From assembly GCA_031364845.1 (NCBI GenBank), contig JANLWX010000048.1:1-18970 (forward strand): DNA of 18,970 bases, given 5' to 3'. The notes beneath the pieces were generated by a model that was given only the letters and a program-made list of their open reading frames with translations, was not told the DNA's origin and did not search any database. Made by a program: the position numbers and the translations under genes. The DNA is from Candidatus Eiseniibacteriota bacterium. Its GTDB lineage: Bacteria; Eisenbacteria; RBG-16-71-46. Below, one piece after another: positions 7,887 to 15,130 of this stretch (positions are counted from its first letter, which is position 1; every line of letters starts with the position of its first letter).

Positions 7887-8031
7887 TTAGAAATAAACAA
7901 GGCCATGGAGCGCTCTCGGGAGCGTTCCGTCGTGGCCGCCATGGCCGAGCGGTTCGGCGGCCAAACGACATCGTGGCGAGTGGTGAACCCACCGCCCAAT
8001 TTTTCGAAACACTCGAGGAGGTGATTCTCCA

Positions 8032-8097
8032 ATGCCGGCAAAGAAGAAGGCGACGAAGAAGAAGGCTGCGAAGAAGGCGGGAAAGAAGAAGAAGTAG
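8032..8097 (+). CDS. 21-aa Lys/Ala-rich histone-H1-like micropeptide MPAKKKATKKKAAKKAGKKKK
   Basis: SD GAGGAGGTGA (8015-8024) ends 7 nt before ATG8032; TAG at 8095-8097. 12 of 21 residues are Lys, all AAG. Flanked by the sigma54 promoter and a terminator. Confidence 0.82.
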   Translation: MPAKKKATKKKAAKKAGKKKK

Positions 8098-8122
8098 TTG
8101 ATCAGGACCTGGCACGTCCTTA

Positions 8123-8166
8123 GGGGATTGGTTGGCGCCTGACGTCGGCCAATCCCCGAATTTCTT
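8123..8166 (+). terminator. Probable rho-independent terminator after the micropeptide
   Basis: 15-bp stem GGGGATTGGTTGGCG / CGTCGGCCAATCCCC (3 G-U pairs) with a 5-nt loop, followed by GAATTTCTT. Confidence 0.7.
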
Positions 8167-8480
8167 ACTGGCGAGCGCGAGGGAAACGCGACGCCTTCAT
8201 GCTCGAAAGCGAAGATTCGGACAAGGGACCGAGGACTCGCCCGGAGCACTGCCAATCCAAAACTTACTGAACGAGGCTGGAGGTCGCGCTAGGGCTGGCC
8301 GTCTTTCCTCCAGATCGTTGCAACGACTCGCTCATGGATGGGCGGGTCGTTTGCGCTTTCCCCTTGATGCTTCGGCTATAGTCCGTGCGTGCGCGGACAG
8401 CGCTCCGGCGGGTTGCGCGCCCGGGAGCCGCATCCCCGCTCCCGATCATCCGGGCCGCCTCATCACGCGCGAGGACATCC

Positions 8481-11261
8481 TTGAGCCCCGCCCCCGGTCC
8501 CGAATTCATTCAAGTGCGCGGCGCGCGCCAGCACAACCTGCGCAACATCGACGTCGACATCCCGCGCGGACGTCTGACCGTGATCACCGGCGTCTCAGGA
8601 TCCGGCAAGTCGTCGCTCGCCTTCGACACGTTGTATGCGGAAGGCCAGCGCCGCTACGTCGAGTCGGTCTCGACCTACGCGAAGCAGTACCTCGACCGGC
8701 TGCCGCGCCCGGCCGTCGACTTCATCGCAGGGCTCACGCCCGCGGTCGCGATCCAGCAACTGGCGCCGGCGCGCAGCGCACGTTCGACGGTCGGCACCAC
8801 CACCGAGATCCACGACTATCTGCGCGTGATGTTCGCGAGGCTCGGCGTCGTGCACTGCGCGAACTGCGGGCGCGCGGTGGCCGCGGATTCTCCCGAGAGC
8901 GTCGTTGCGGCGTCGGCGCACTGGACTGAAGGCGATCCGATCGTGATCGCCGCTCCGGTCGCGCGCCCCGCGAAGATGAAGTGGGAGGAGCAGGCGGGGC
9001 ACCTGATGCGCGCCGGGTACACGCGCATCCTGATCGACGGTGTCGTGACACCGCTCGATCCGCTGCCGAAGGTCGCGCGGACGGTGAAAGAGATCCGGCT
9101 CGTCATCGACCGGTTCACGTGGACCGAAGCGGACCGCTCGCGCCTCGCCGAGTCCGCCGAGCAGGCGTTCCGCCGCGGCGAAGGGCGCCTCGAGATCCAT
9201 CGCGGCAACCACCCGGTCGAGCCGTTCCGCGAGCGCTGGGAGTGCTCGGCGTGTGGAACGCCCGCCGTCCAGCCCGAGCCCGCGCTGTTCTCGTTCAACA
9301 GTCCGCTCGGCGTGTGTCCCGCGTGCCGCGGGTTCGGCAACATCCTCACGTTCTCGCGCGATCTCATCGTCCCCGATCCATCGCTCACGTTGCGCGAGGG
9401 CGCGGTCCGTCCGTGGGCCGGATCGTGGAAGAAGGCGTTCTGGCCCAAGCTCGAGAAGGTCGCGGCCGAACAGAAGATCCCGCTCGACGTTCCGTGGCGC
9501 GCGCTGTCCGCCGCGCATCGGACCCTGTTGATGGAAGGCTGCGCCGGGTTCCGCGGCGCGCTGCCGTTCCTCGAGCGCCTGCAGCAGAAGTCGTACGCCA
9601 TCGGCAACCGGTTCGTCGTGAAGAAGTACCAGGTGGCGGTGGAGTGCTCGGAGTGCCATGGAACCCGGCTGCGCAAGGAGGCGCTCTCGGTGCGCCTCGC
9701 GGGCTCCAACATCGCCGAGGTGTGCGCACTCACGGTCGCCCAGGTTTCGCGCTGGGTCGAGAACCTCACGTTCGCCGAGCACGAGCGCCAGATCGCAGGC
9801 TCGGTGCTGGGTGAGCTGCAGTCGCGCCTGCGGTTCCTCGAGCGCGTCGACCTCGGCTACCTCACGCTCGAGCGGCTCACCCGCACGCTGTCGGGCGGCG
9901 AGGCGCAGCGCATCGAGCTGGCGAACGCACTCGGCGCGAACCTCGCCGACACCTTGTATGTGCTCGACGAGCCCACGGTCGGCCTTCACGCGCGTGATAC
10001 GCATCGGTTGATCGCGATCATGGACGAGCTGGCCTCGCGCGGGAACACGCTGGTCGTGGTCGAGCACGAGCCGATGGTGATGCGCGCCGCGCAGCACGTG
10101 ATCGATCTCGGACCGGGCGCGGGGACGAACGGGGGACAGTTGCTGTATGCGGGCCCCGGCGGCGCGCCGCTCGCTGCCGCCGACACCGAGACCGCGCGTT
10201 ATCTAAGAGGCGAGAAGCGCATCACCCGCAAACGCATCCCCGGCGTCGCGAAGCACTTCGTCGTGATCGAAGGCGCGAGCCAGCACAATCTGAAGAACGT
10301 GACCGCGCGCTTTCCCATCGGCCGCCTCACCGCGGTGACCGGCGTGTCGGGCTCCGGCAAGAGCAGCCTGATCGAGGACGTGTTGTGGCGCGCTGCGGTG
10401 CGCGCGCTCGAGGGCGCGAGCGACGAAACGCCCGGGGCGCATCGTGCGGTGCGCGGCCTCGAGCATCTGAAGCGCGCGGTACTCGTCGATCAATCGCCGA
10501 TCGGCCGCACGCCGCGATCGTGCCCCGTGACTTACGTCGGCGCGTACGGACCGCTGCGCGAGATCTACGCGCGCCAGCCCGCCGCACTCGCGCGCGGGTT
10601 CAAGGACGGGGCGTTCTCGTTCAACACCGCGGGCGGACGCTGCGAGACCTGCCAGGGTGCGGGCTGGGTGACGGTCGAGATGTATTTCCTCGCCGACCTG
10701 CTGGTGCCGTGCGAGGACTGCGATGGCGCGCGCTTCCGCCGCGAGGTGCTCGAAGTGCGCTACCGCGGGCTCAACATCCGCGAGGCGCTCGACCTCACCG
10801 TCGACCGCGCGTTCGAGCACTTCGCGACCGAGCCGCGCTTCACGCGCGCGCTCCACATTCTGCGCCGCGTCGGACTCGGCTATCTCACGCTCGGCCAGCC
10901 CGCGAACCAGCTCTCGGGCGGTGAGGCCCAGCGCCTGAAGATCGCGCGTGAGCTGGCGGAGAAAGGATCGGGCCCGGCGCTCTATCTGCTCGACGAGCCC
11001 ACGGTCGGACTCCACTGGGCCGACATCCAGCAGCTGCTCATGGTGCTCGACGACCTCACCGGTCGCGGCGACACCGTGATCGTGGTCGAGCACAACCTCG
11101 ATGTCGTCCGGAATTGCGACTGGGTCGTGGACCTGGGACCGGACGGAGGCGACGGCGGGGGAACGCTGGTCGCCGAAGGTCCGCCCGAAGTGATTCAGGC
11201 GAGCGAGCGTTCGTGGACCGGGCGCTTCATGCGTGAGGCGGAGCTGCTCACGCCGGCCTAG
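8481..11261 (+). CDS. uvrA: Excinuclease ABC subunit A family ABC ATPase (probably a second UvrA paralogue)
   Basis: GARQHNL, two [11 protein letters not shown]alker A motifs, [10 protein letters not shown], two LSGGEAQR signatures, two LDEPTVGLH motifs, and multiple CxxC zinc pairs. Likely start TTG8481 after GAGGA; the frame is open from GTG8385. Confidence 0.95.
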   Translation: MSPAPGPEFIQVRGARQHNLRNIDVDIPRGRLTVITGVSGSGKSSLAFDTLYAEGQRRYVESVSTYAKQYLDRLPRPAVDFIAGLTPAVAIQQLAPARSARSTVGTTTEIHDYLRVMFARLGVVHCANCGRAVAADSPESVVAASAHWTEGDPIVIAAPVARPAKMKWEEQAGHLMRAGYTRILIDGVVTPLDPLPKVARTVKEIRLVIDRFTWTEADRSRLAESAEQAFRRGEGRLEIHRGNHPVEPFRERWECSACGTPAVQPEPALFSFNSPLGVCPACRGFGNILTFSRDLIVPDPSLTLREGAVRPWAGSWKKAFWPKLEKVAAEQKIPLDVPWRALSAAHRTLLMEGCAGFRGALPFLERLQQKSYAIGNRFVVKKYQVAVECSECHGTRLRKEALSVRLAGSNIAEVCALTVAQVSRWVENLTFAEHERQIAGSVLGELQSRLRFLERVDLGYLTLERLTRTLSGGEAQRIELANALGANLADTLYVLDEPTVGLHARDTHRLIAIMDELASRGNTLVVVEHEPMVMRAAQHVIDLGPGAGTNGGQLLYAGPGGAPLAAADTETARYLRGEKRITRKRIPGVAKHFVVIEGASQHNLKNVTARFPIGRLTAVTGVSGSGKSSLIEDVLWRAAVRALEGASDETPGAHRAVRGLEHLKRAVLVDQSPIGRTPRSCPVTYVGAYGPLREIYARQPAALARGFKDGAFSFNTAGGRCETCQGAGWVTVEMYFLADLLVPCEDCDGARFRREVLEVRYRGLNIREALDLTVDRAFEHFATEPRFTRALHILRRVGLGYLTLGQPANQLSGGEAQRLKIARELAEKGSGPALYLLDEPTVGLHWADIQQLLMVLDDLTGRGDTVIVVEHNLDVVRNCDWVVDLGPDGGDGGGTLVAEGPPEVIQASERSWTGRFMREAELLTPA

Positions 11262-12160
11262 CCACCCGCGAGCTCGTCCGGCAGCGGACGATCCAGCGCC
11301 ACGACGCGCGCCTCGGTCGCCCCGAGCACCGAGTCCTCCACCACGATCCCGCGAAACAGCTCGAGCGGCACCTGTTCGAAGCACACGTTGCGCGGCCGCA
11401 CGCCGGGCGGGGCATCGGGCCACACGTCGTCGGGGGACATCTCGACGATCTTGAGCGCCGCGGTCGAGGCCGGCAGGAACTTGCGGCGCATCGCGAGCGC
11501 GTAGACCGGCACCGAGTGCTCGCGCGCGGCGAGCGCCAGCGCGAACGAGCCGACCTTGTTGATCACCCCGCGGTCGGTGACCGCGTCGGCTCCGATCCAC
11601 ACGATGCTGGCACCGGTCAGCAGCATCGGCAGCGCCGCATCGACCACGAGCCAGCTCGGAATGCCCGCTGCCGCGATCGTCGCCGCGAACTCGCGGCCTT
11701 CATGACCCGGCCGGCTCTCGCCGATCAGTCCGCGCGGCGCGCGACCGGCCTGATGCGCGATCTCGAACGCCTCACGCACCGCCGCACTCGCCGACAGGGT
11801 CGCGATCCACGATTCGCGCTCGGTGATCAGCCCCGCCGCGGTCCGCGCCACGCCGTTCTGTTGAGCCGTCAGATCCGCGCGCTCCGAGGCGATGCTCAAC
11901 AGAAGCGACTTCCGTGCCTCCGTCGCCGAGTCCTCGCGCGAGGCCGCGGAGCCCGCGACTTCGAGCGCGCGGGCCGCGAACTGATGGACCAGCGCCATGC
12001 TCGGCTGGGCGGCCTGAGCTTCGCGAAGCCACGGGAGCAGTGTGCCGCGGAGTGCGGGGGAGGTCGGCGAGGTATCCGTCTCCACCCAGCGCTCGAGCGC
12101 GTCGAGGAATCCCAGCGATACGCCACTCGAGCCGGAAGTGCGGTCGGTTTCGAACGTCAT
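11258..12160 (-). CDS. eIF-2B alpha/beta/delta family protein (MtnA / ribose-1,5-bisphosphate isomerase superfamily), function unknown
   Basis: QPSMA, TLSAS..V, ESRP..EG, VDAA, GADAV..GVINKVGS..LAL.A..VPVY, KF and RNVCFE.VP match the IF-2B family. GGAG SD upstream. Confidence 0.88.
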   Translation of the reverse strand: MTFETDRTSGSSGVSLGFLDALERWVETDTSPTSPALRGTLLPWLREAQAAQPSMALVHQFAARALEVAGSAASREDSATEARKSLLLSIASERADLTAQQNGVARTAAGLITERESWIATLSASAAVREAFEIAHQAGRAPRGLIGESRPGHEGREFAATIAAAGIPSWLVVDAALPMLLTGASIVWIGADAVTDRGVINKVGSFALALAAREHSVPVYALAMRRKFLPASTAALKIVEMSPDDVWPDAPPGVRPRNVCFEQVPLELFRGIVVEDSVLGATEARVVALDRPLPDELAGG

Positions 12161-12222
12161 GCGCGGTCTCCGAGGGGCAGGAAGGGGAGGGATCGAGCCG
12201 CCCGGGGCGGCATGGACCGGGC

Positions 12223-12232
12223 ACTATAGCAT
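12223..12232 (-). promoter_or_regulatory. Extended -10 element for the eIF-2B-like gene
   Basis: The minus strand reads TGcTATAGT about 65 nt upstream of ATG12160, in the divergent intergenic region. There is no well-spaced -35. Confidence 0.45.
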
Positions 12233-12372
12233 GTGTTAACTTGCTCGCCGCCAAAACGTTCGACTACTCGCTCCCCGCAGGACGCGAACATTCGCAATCG
12301 TGTTCCGGGTTCGCCGCCTCCGCCGATCCCGGCGAGGTGGTCCGGTCTCATGCTGATCACGTCGGGTCCATC

Positions 12373-15081
12373 ATGACGATTACCACGACTGAACTCATCC
12401 AGCATCAGCTGTTGCCGAGGGTCTCCAAACCCAACCGTTATCTCGGCAACGCGCTCCACGTTCCGCGCAAGCCGCTCGAGCTCGCGGACGTCCGGGTGCT
12501 GCTTGCGTTCCCCGATGCCTACGAGATCGGGCTGTCGAATCTCGGCATGCGGATCATCCACCACATCCTGAATCAGCGCGCCGATACCGCTGCCGAACTG
12601 ACGTTTGCGCCGTGGCCCGATGCCGAGGCCGAGATGCGCCGGCTCAAGATTCCGCTGTTCTCGCTCGACTCGCATGCGACCGCCGACCGCTTCGACATCA
12701 TCGGCTTCTCGCTCCAGTACGAGCTCCAGTACACCAACGTGCTCAACATGATCGACCTCGCCGGGCTGCCGCTGCGCACGCTCGAGCGCGATGCGAGCCA
12801 TGCGCTGGTGATCGCCGGCGGTGCTCAGGCCTTCAGCCCCGAGCCGATGGCCGAGTTCATCGATGCGTTCGTGATTGGCGATGGCGAAGAGGTCATCCAC
12901 CGGCTGGTCGACTGCGTGAAGGAAGCGAAGCGCGAGGCGTGGCCGCGCCCGCGGCTGCTGCGCGCCCTCGCGCACATCCCGGGCGTGTACGTTCCTTCGG
13001 GCTATGCCCTGCGCCACACGCCCGAAGGCTGGCTCGTTCCGGTGGCGCTGCCGGGATTCCCGTCGCGAGTGAACTCGGTGTACGTGCGCGAGCTGAAGAG
13101 CGAGTACTACCCGGCCGCCCCGCTGTTGCCGGTCGGCGAGATCACGCACGACCGGCTCTCGGTCGAAGTCATGCGCGGCTGCACGCGCGGCTGCCGCTTC
13201 TGCCAGGCGGGCATGATCAACCGTCCGGTGCGCGAGAAGCCGGCCCAGCAGGTGGTCGAGGAAGTGCTGAACGGCCTCGCGGCGACCGGCATGGAAGAGG
13301 TATCGCTGATCTCGCTGTCGACCACGGATCACACGCAGATCGTCGAGCAGGTGAACGCGCTCGCCGACGAACTGTGCCCCACACGGGTCCAGCTCTCGCT
13401 GCCGTCGACGCGCCCCGACAACGTGCCCACCGAGGTCGCGCGGCGGATCGCCGCACAGCGCAAGGGCTCGATCACGCTGGCGCCCGAAGCCGGCAGCCAG
13501 CGCATGCGCGACGTGATCAACAAGAACCACACCGAGGACGAGTTGCTCGCTTCGGTCGGCACCGCGGCGCGCGAGGGCTACACCAGCGCCAAGCTCTACT
13601 TCATGTGCGGGCTGCCGGGCGAGAACGACGATGATCTGGTCGCGATCCTCGACTTGGGCCACAAGGCGTATCAGCGCGCGCGCGCCGAAGGCAATCGCAG
13701 CTTCCGCATCACCGTCAGCGTTTCGCCTCACGTGCCCAAGCCCCACACGCCGTTCGCGTGGGCGGAGCAGGTCAGCACCGACGAGCTCAACCGGCGGCTC
13801 GGCGTGCTGCGCCGTGCCGCGCACGGCAAGTCGGTCACGCTCAAGTACCGCGACGCCGAGACCTCGCTGCTCGAAGGCGTTTTCACGCGCGGCGACCGCA
13901 GCCTCGGCCTCGCGATCGAGCGCGCGTTCCGGCGCGGATGCCGCTTCGATGCGTGGAGCGAGCACCTGCGCTATGTCACGTGGCTCGACGTGTTCCGGGA
14001 GCTGGGCATCGATCCCGAGCGCCAGCTCGTCGAGCGCTCCACCGATCTCGATCAGCCGTGGGACGTGGTCCAGTCCCCGGTCACCAAGAAGTTCCTGGTG
14101 CGCGAGAAGATCCGCGCCGACAAGGCCGCCATCACCGAAGACTGCCGCCTCGAGGATGTGTGCTTCTCGTGCGGCGTCGTCGAATGCAATCAGCGTCCGT
14201 GGATCAAGCAGCCGCATGCGGCACTCGACCTCGACCGGGCACGCGCCACCGTGGCGAAGAACACCGGCTTCGGCCGGCGTTCGCGCCGCCACCCTGGCGC
14301 GTTGCCGGTCGCACCGCGGATCGCGCGTCCGAACGCTCCGGCGCACGGACTCGCGACCAGCACGCGTTTTCGCATCGTGTTTCAGAAGGGCGTTGAGATG
14401 CGATTCACGTCGCATCTCGATCTCATGCGCACGTGGGAGCGGGCGTTGCGACGCTCGCAACTGCCGCTTGCGTTCTCCCAGGGGCATCACCCGCACCTCA
14501 AAATGGCGTTCGGGCCCCCGCTGCCGCTGGGATTTCGTTCACGGGCCGAGGCCTTCGACCTCGAGTTCTCACAGCCACCCGCGGTGGATCTCGCCGAACG
14601 ACTCAATGCGGTCGTTCCCGACGGGCTCTCCGTTCTGGCGTTTCGGCCCATCCTGTTCAAGTCGCCTTCGCTCATGAGCCAGCTCGAAGGTGCGTCGTAC
14701 CGGGTCCGTTTCCCGGCGTCGTACCTTGCCGAGGCCCGCATCGATCCCGCACTGCTCGGGGATCGGCTGCGTGAGGCCGCGGCAGAGCTGCTCGCCCGGG
14801 AGCACGTGTTGGTGCGCCGGCAGAACGAGGCACAGACCCGCGAATTCGACGCCCGTCCTTCGATCGCTTCACTCGAGGTGGCCGCCGAGGGAGATTCAGT
14901 CGCACTCGATGCGCACGTTCGGTTCACCGTGCGCGCGCAGGTGCGGCCCGACGAGCTGACTGCCCTGCTGATTCCGAATGCCGATGCCCGCACGACCGAT
15001 ATCGAGCGGGTGGGGCTGTGGACTGAAGTAGGCGGCCGGCGCATGGATCCTCTCGACCTCCTGAGTGTGCGCACGACGTGA
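12373..15081 (+). CDS. TIGR03960-type B12-binding-like radical SAM protein fused to a C-terminal TIGR03936/DUF2344 domain
   Basis: VSKPNRYLG, AFPDAYEIGLSNLG, GFSLQYEL.YTN, RGCTRGCRFCQAG (CxxxCxxC), TLAPEAGSQRMRDVINK, KLYFMCGLP and PKPHTPF. The C-terminal RFTSHLDLMRTWERALRR..LPLAFSQG.HPH..FGPPLPLG matches DUF2344. Exact start uncertain. Confidence 0.92.
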   Translation: MTITTTELIQHQLLPRVSKPNRYLGNALHVPRKPLELADVRVLLAFPDAYEIGLSNLGMRIIHHILNQRADTAAELTFAPWPDAEAEMRRLKIPLFSLDSHATADRFDIIGFSLQYELQYTNVLNMIDLAGLPLRTLERDASHALVIAGGAQAFSPEPMAEFIDAFVIGDGEEVIHRLVDCVKEAKREAWPRPRLLRALAHIPGVYVPSGYALRHTPEGWLVPVALPGFPSRVNSVYVRELKSEYYPAAPLLPVGEITHDRLSVEVMRGCTRGCRFCQAGMINRPVREKPAQQVVEEVLNGLAATGMEEVSLISLSTTDHTQIVEQVNALADELCPTRVQLSLPSTRPDNVPTEVARRIAAQRKGSITLAPEAGSQRMRDVINKNHTEDELLASVGTAAREGYTSAKLYFMCGLPGENDDDLVAILDLGHKAYQRARAEGNRSFRITVSVSPHVPKPHTPFAWAEQVSTDELNRRLGVLRRAAHGKSVTLKYRDAETSLLEGVFTRGDRSLGLAIERAFRRGCRFDAWSEHLRYVTWLDVFRELGIDPERQLVERSTDLDQPWDVVQSPVTKKFLVREKIRADKAAITEDCRLEDVCFSCGVVECNQRPWIKQPHAALDLDRARATVAKNTGFGRRSRRHPGALPVAPRIARPNAPAHGLATSTRFRIVFQKGVEMRFTSHLDLMRTWERALRRSQLPLAFSQGHHPHLKMAFGPPLPLGFRSRAEAFDLEFSQPPAVDLAERLNAVVPDGLSVLAFRPILFKSPSLMSQLEGASYRVRFPASYLAEARIDPALLGDRLREAAAELLAREHVLVRRQNEAQTREFDARPSIASLEVAAEGDSVALDAHVRFTVRAQVRPDELTALLIPNADARTTDIERVGLWTEVGGRRMDPLDLLSVRTT

Positions 15082-15130
15082 CGGCGCTTCGCGGAACACC
15101 GGCGGCACGAGCCGCCTGAAGGGTTCCGTG

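Noticed and set aside
7905..8024. 39-codon upstream ORF (MERSRERSVV...HSRR*) ending inside the micropeptide SD
   Set aside because: It has only a poorly spaced AAGG before the ATG, its start is buried in a hairpin, and it has no recognisable features. It cannot be fully excluded as a translational-coupling uORF.
8110..8125. Second TGGCACG (-24-like) element after the micropeptide
   Set aside because: The -12 position reads TAGGG and lacks the required GC.
7750..8255. ORF-track calls 7784-8101 (+), 7750-8115 (-), 7887-8255 (-) and 7823-8041 (-)
   Set aside because: Their poly-Arg, poly-Leu and poly-Phe tracts, where present, are other readings of the AAG-rich micro-ORF. They also run across the promoter elements and lack a comparable SD.
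8199..8270. 23-aa ORF MLESEDSDKGPRTRPEHCQSKTY after the terminator
   Set aside because: No properly spaced SD and no distinguishing composition.
12208..12223. CGGCATG-GACC-GGGCA, GG-N10-GC spacing upstream of the radical SAM gene
   Set aside because: Poor match at the TT before GC and at the first base; such spacing is frequent by chance in GC-rich DNA.
12285..12345. Hairpin (12313-12341) and GAACA-N10-TGTTC dyad upstream of the B12-binding-like radical SAM gene, considered as a cobalamin or SAM riboswitch
   Set aside because: None of the conserved B12-box or SAM-riboswitch motifs is present, and the region is short. A single GC-rich hairpin is not enough evidence.
11914..12372. N-terminal extensions in the ORF track (radical SAM from 11914; likewise ppiD from 5028, GlmU-like from 569, LytR_C from 2137, tatA from 2639)
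   Set aside because: They overlap neighbouring genes or promoters. Family homology, and in most cases an SD, points to the downstream starts reported.
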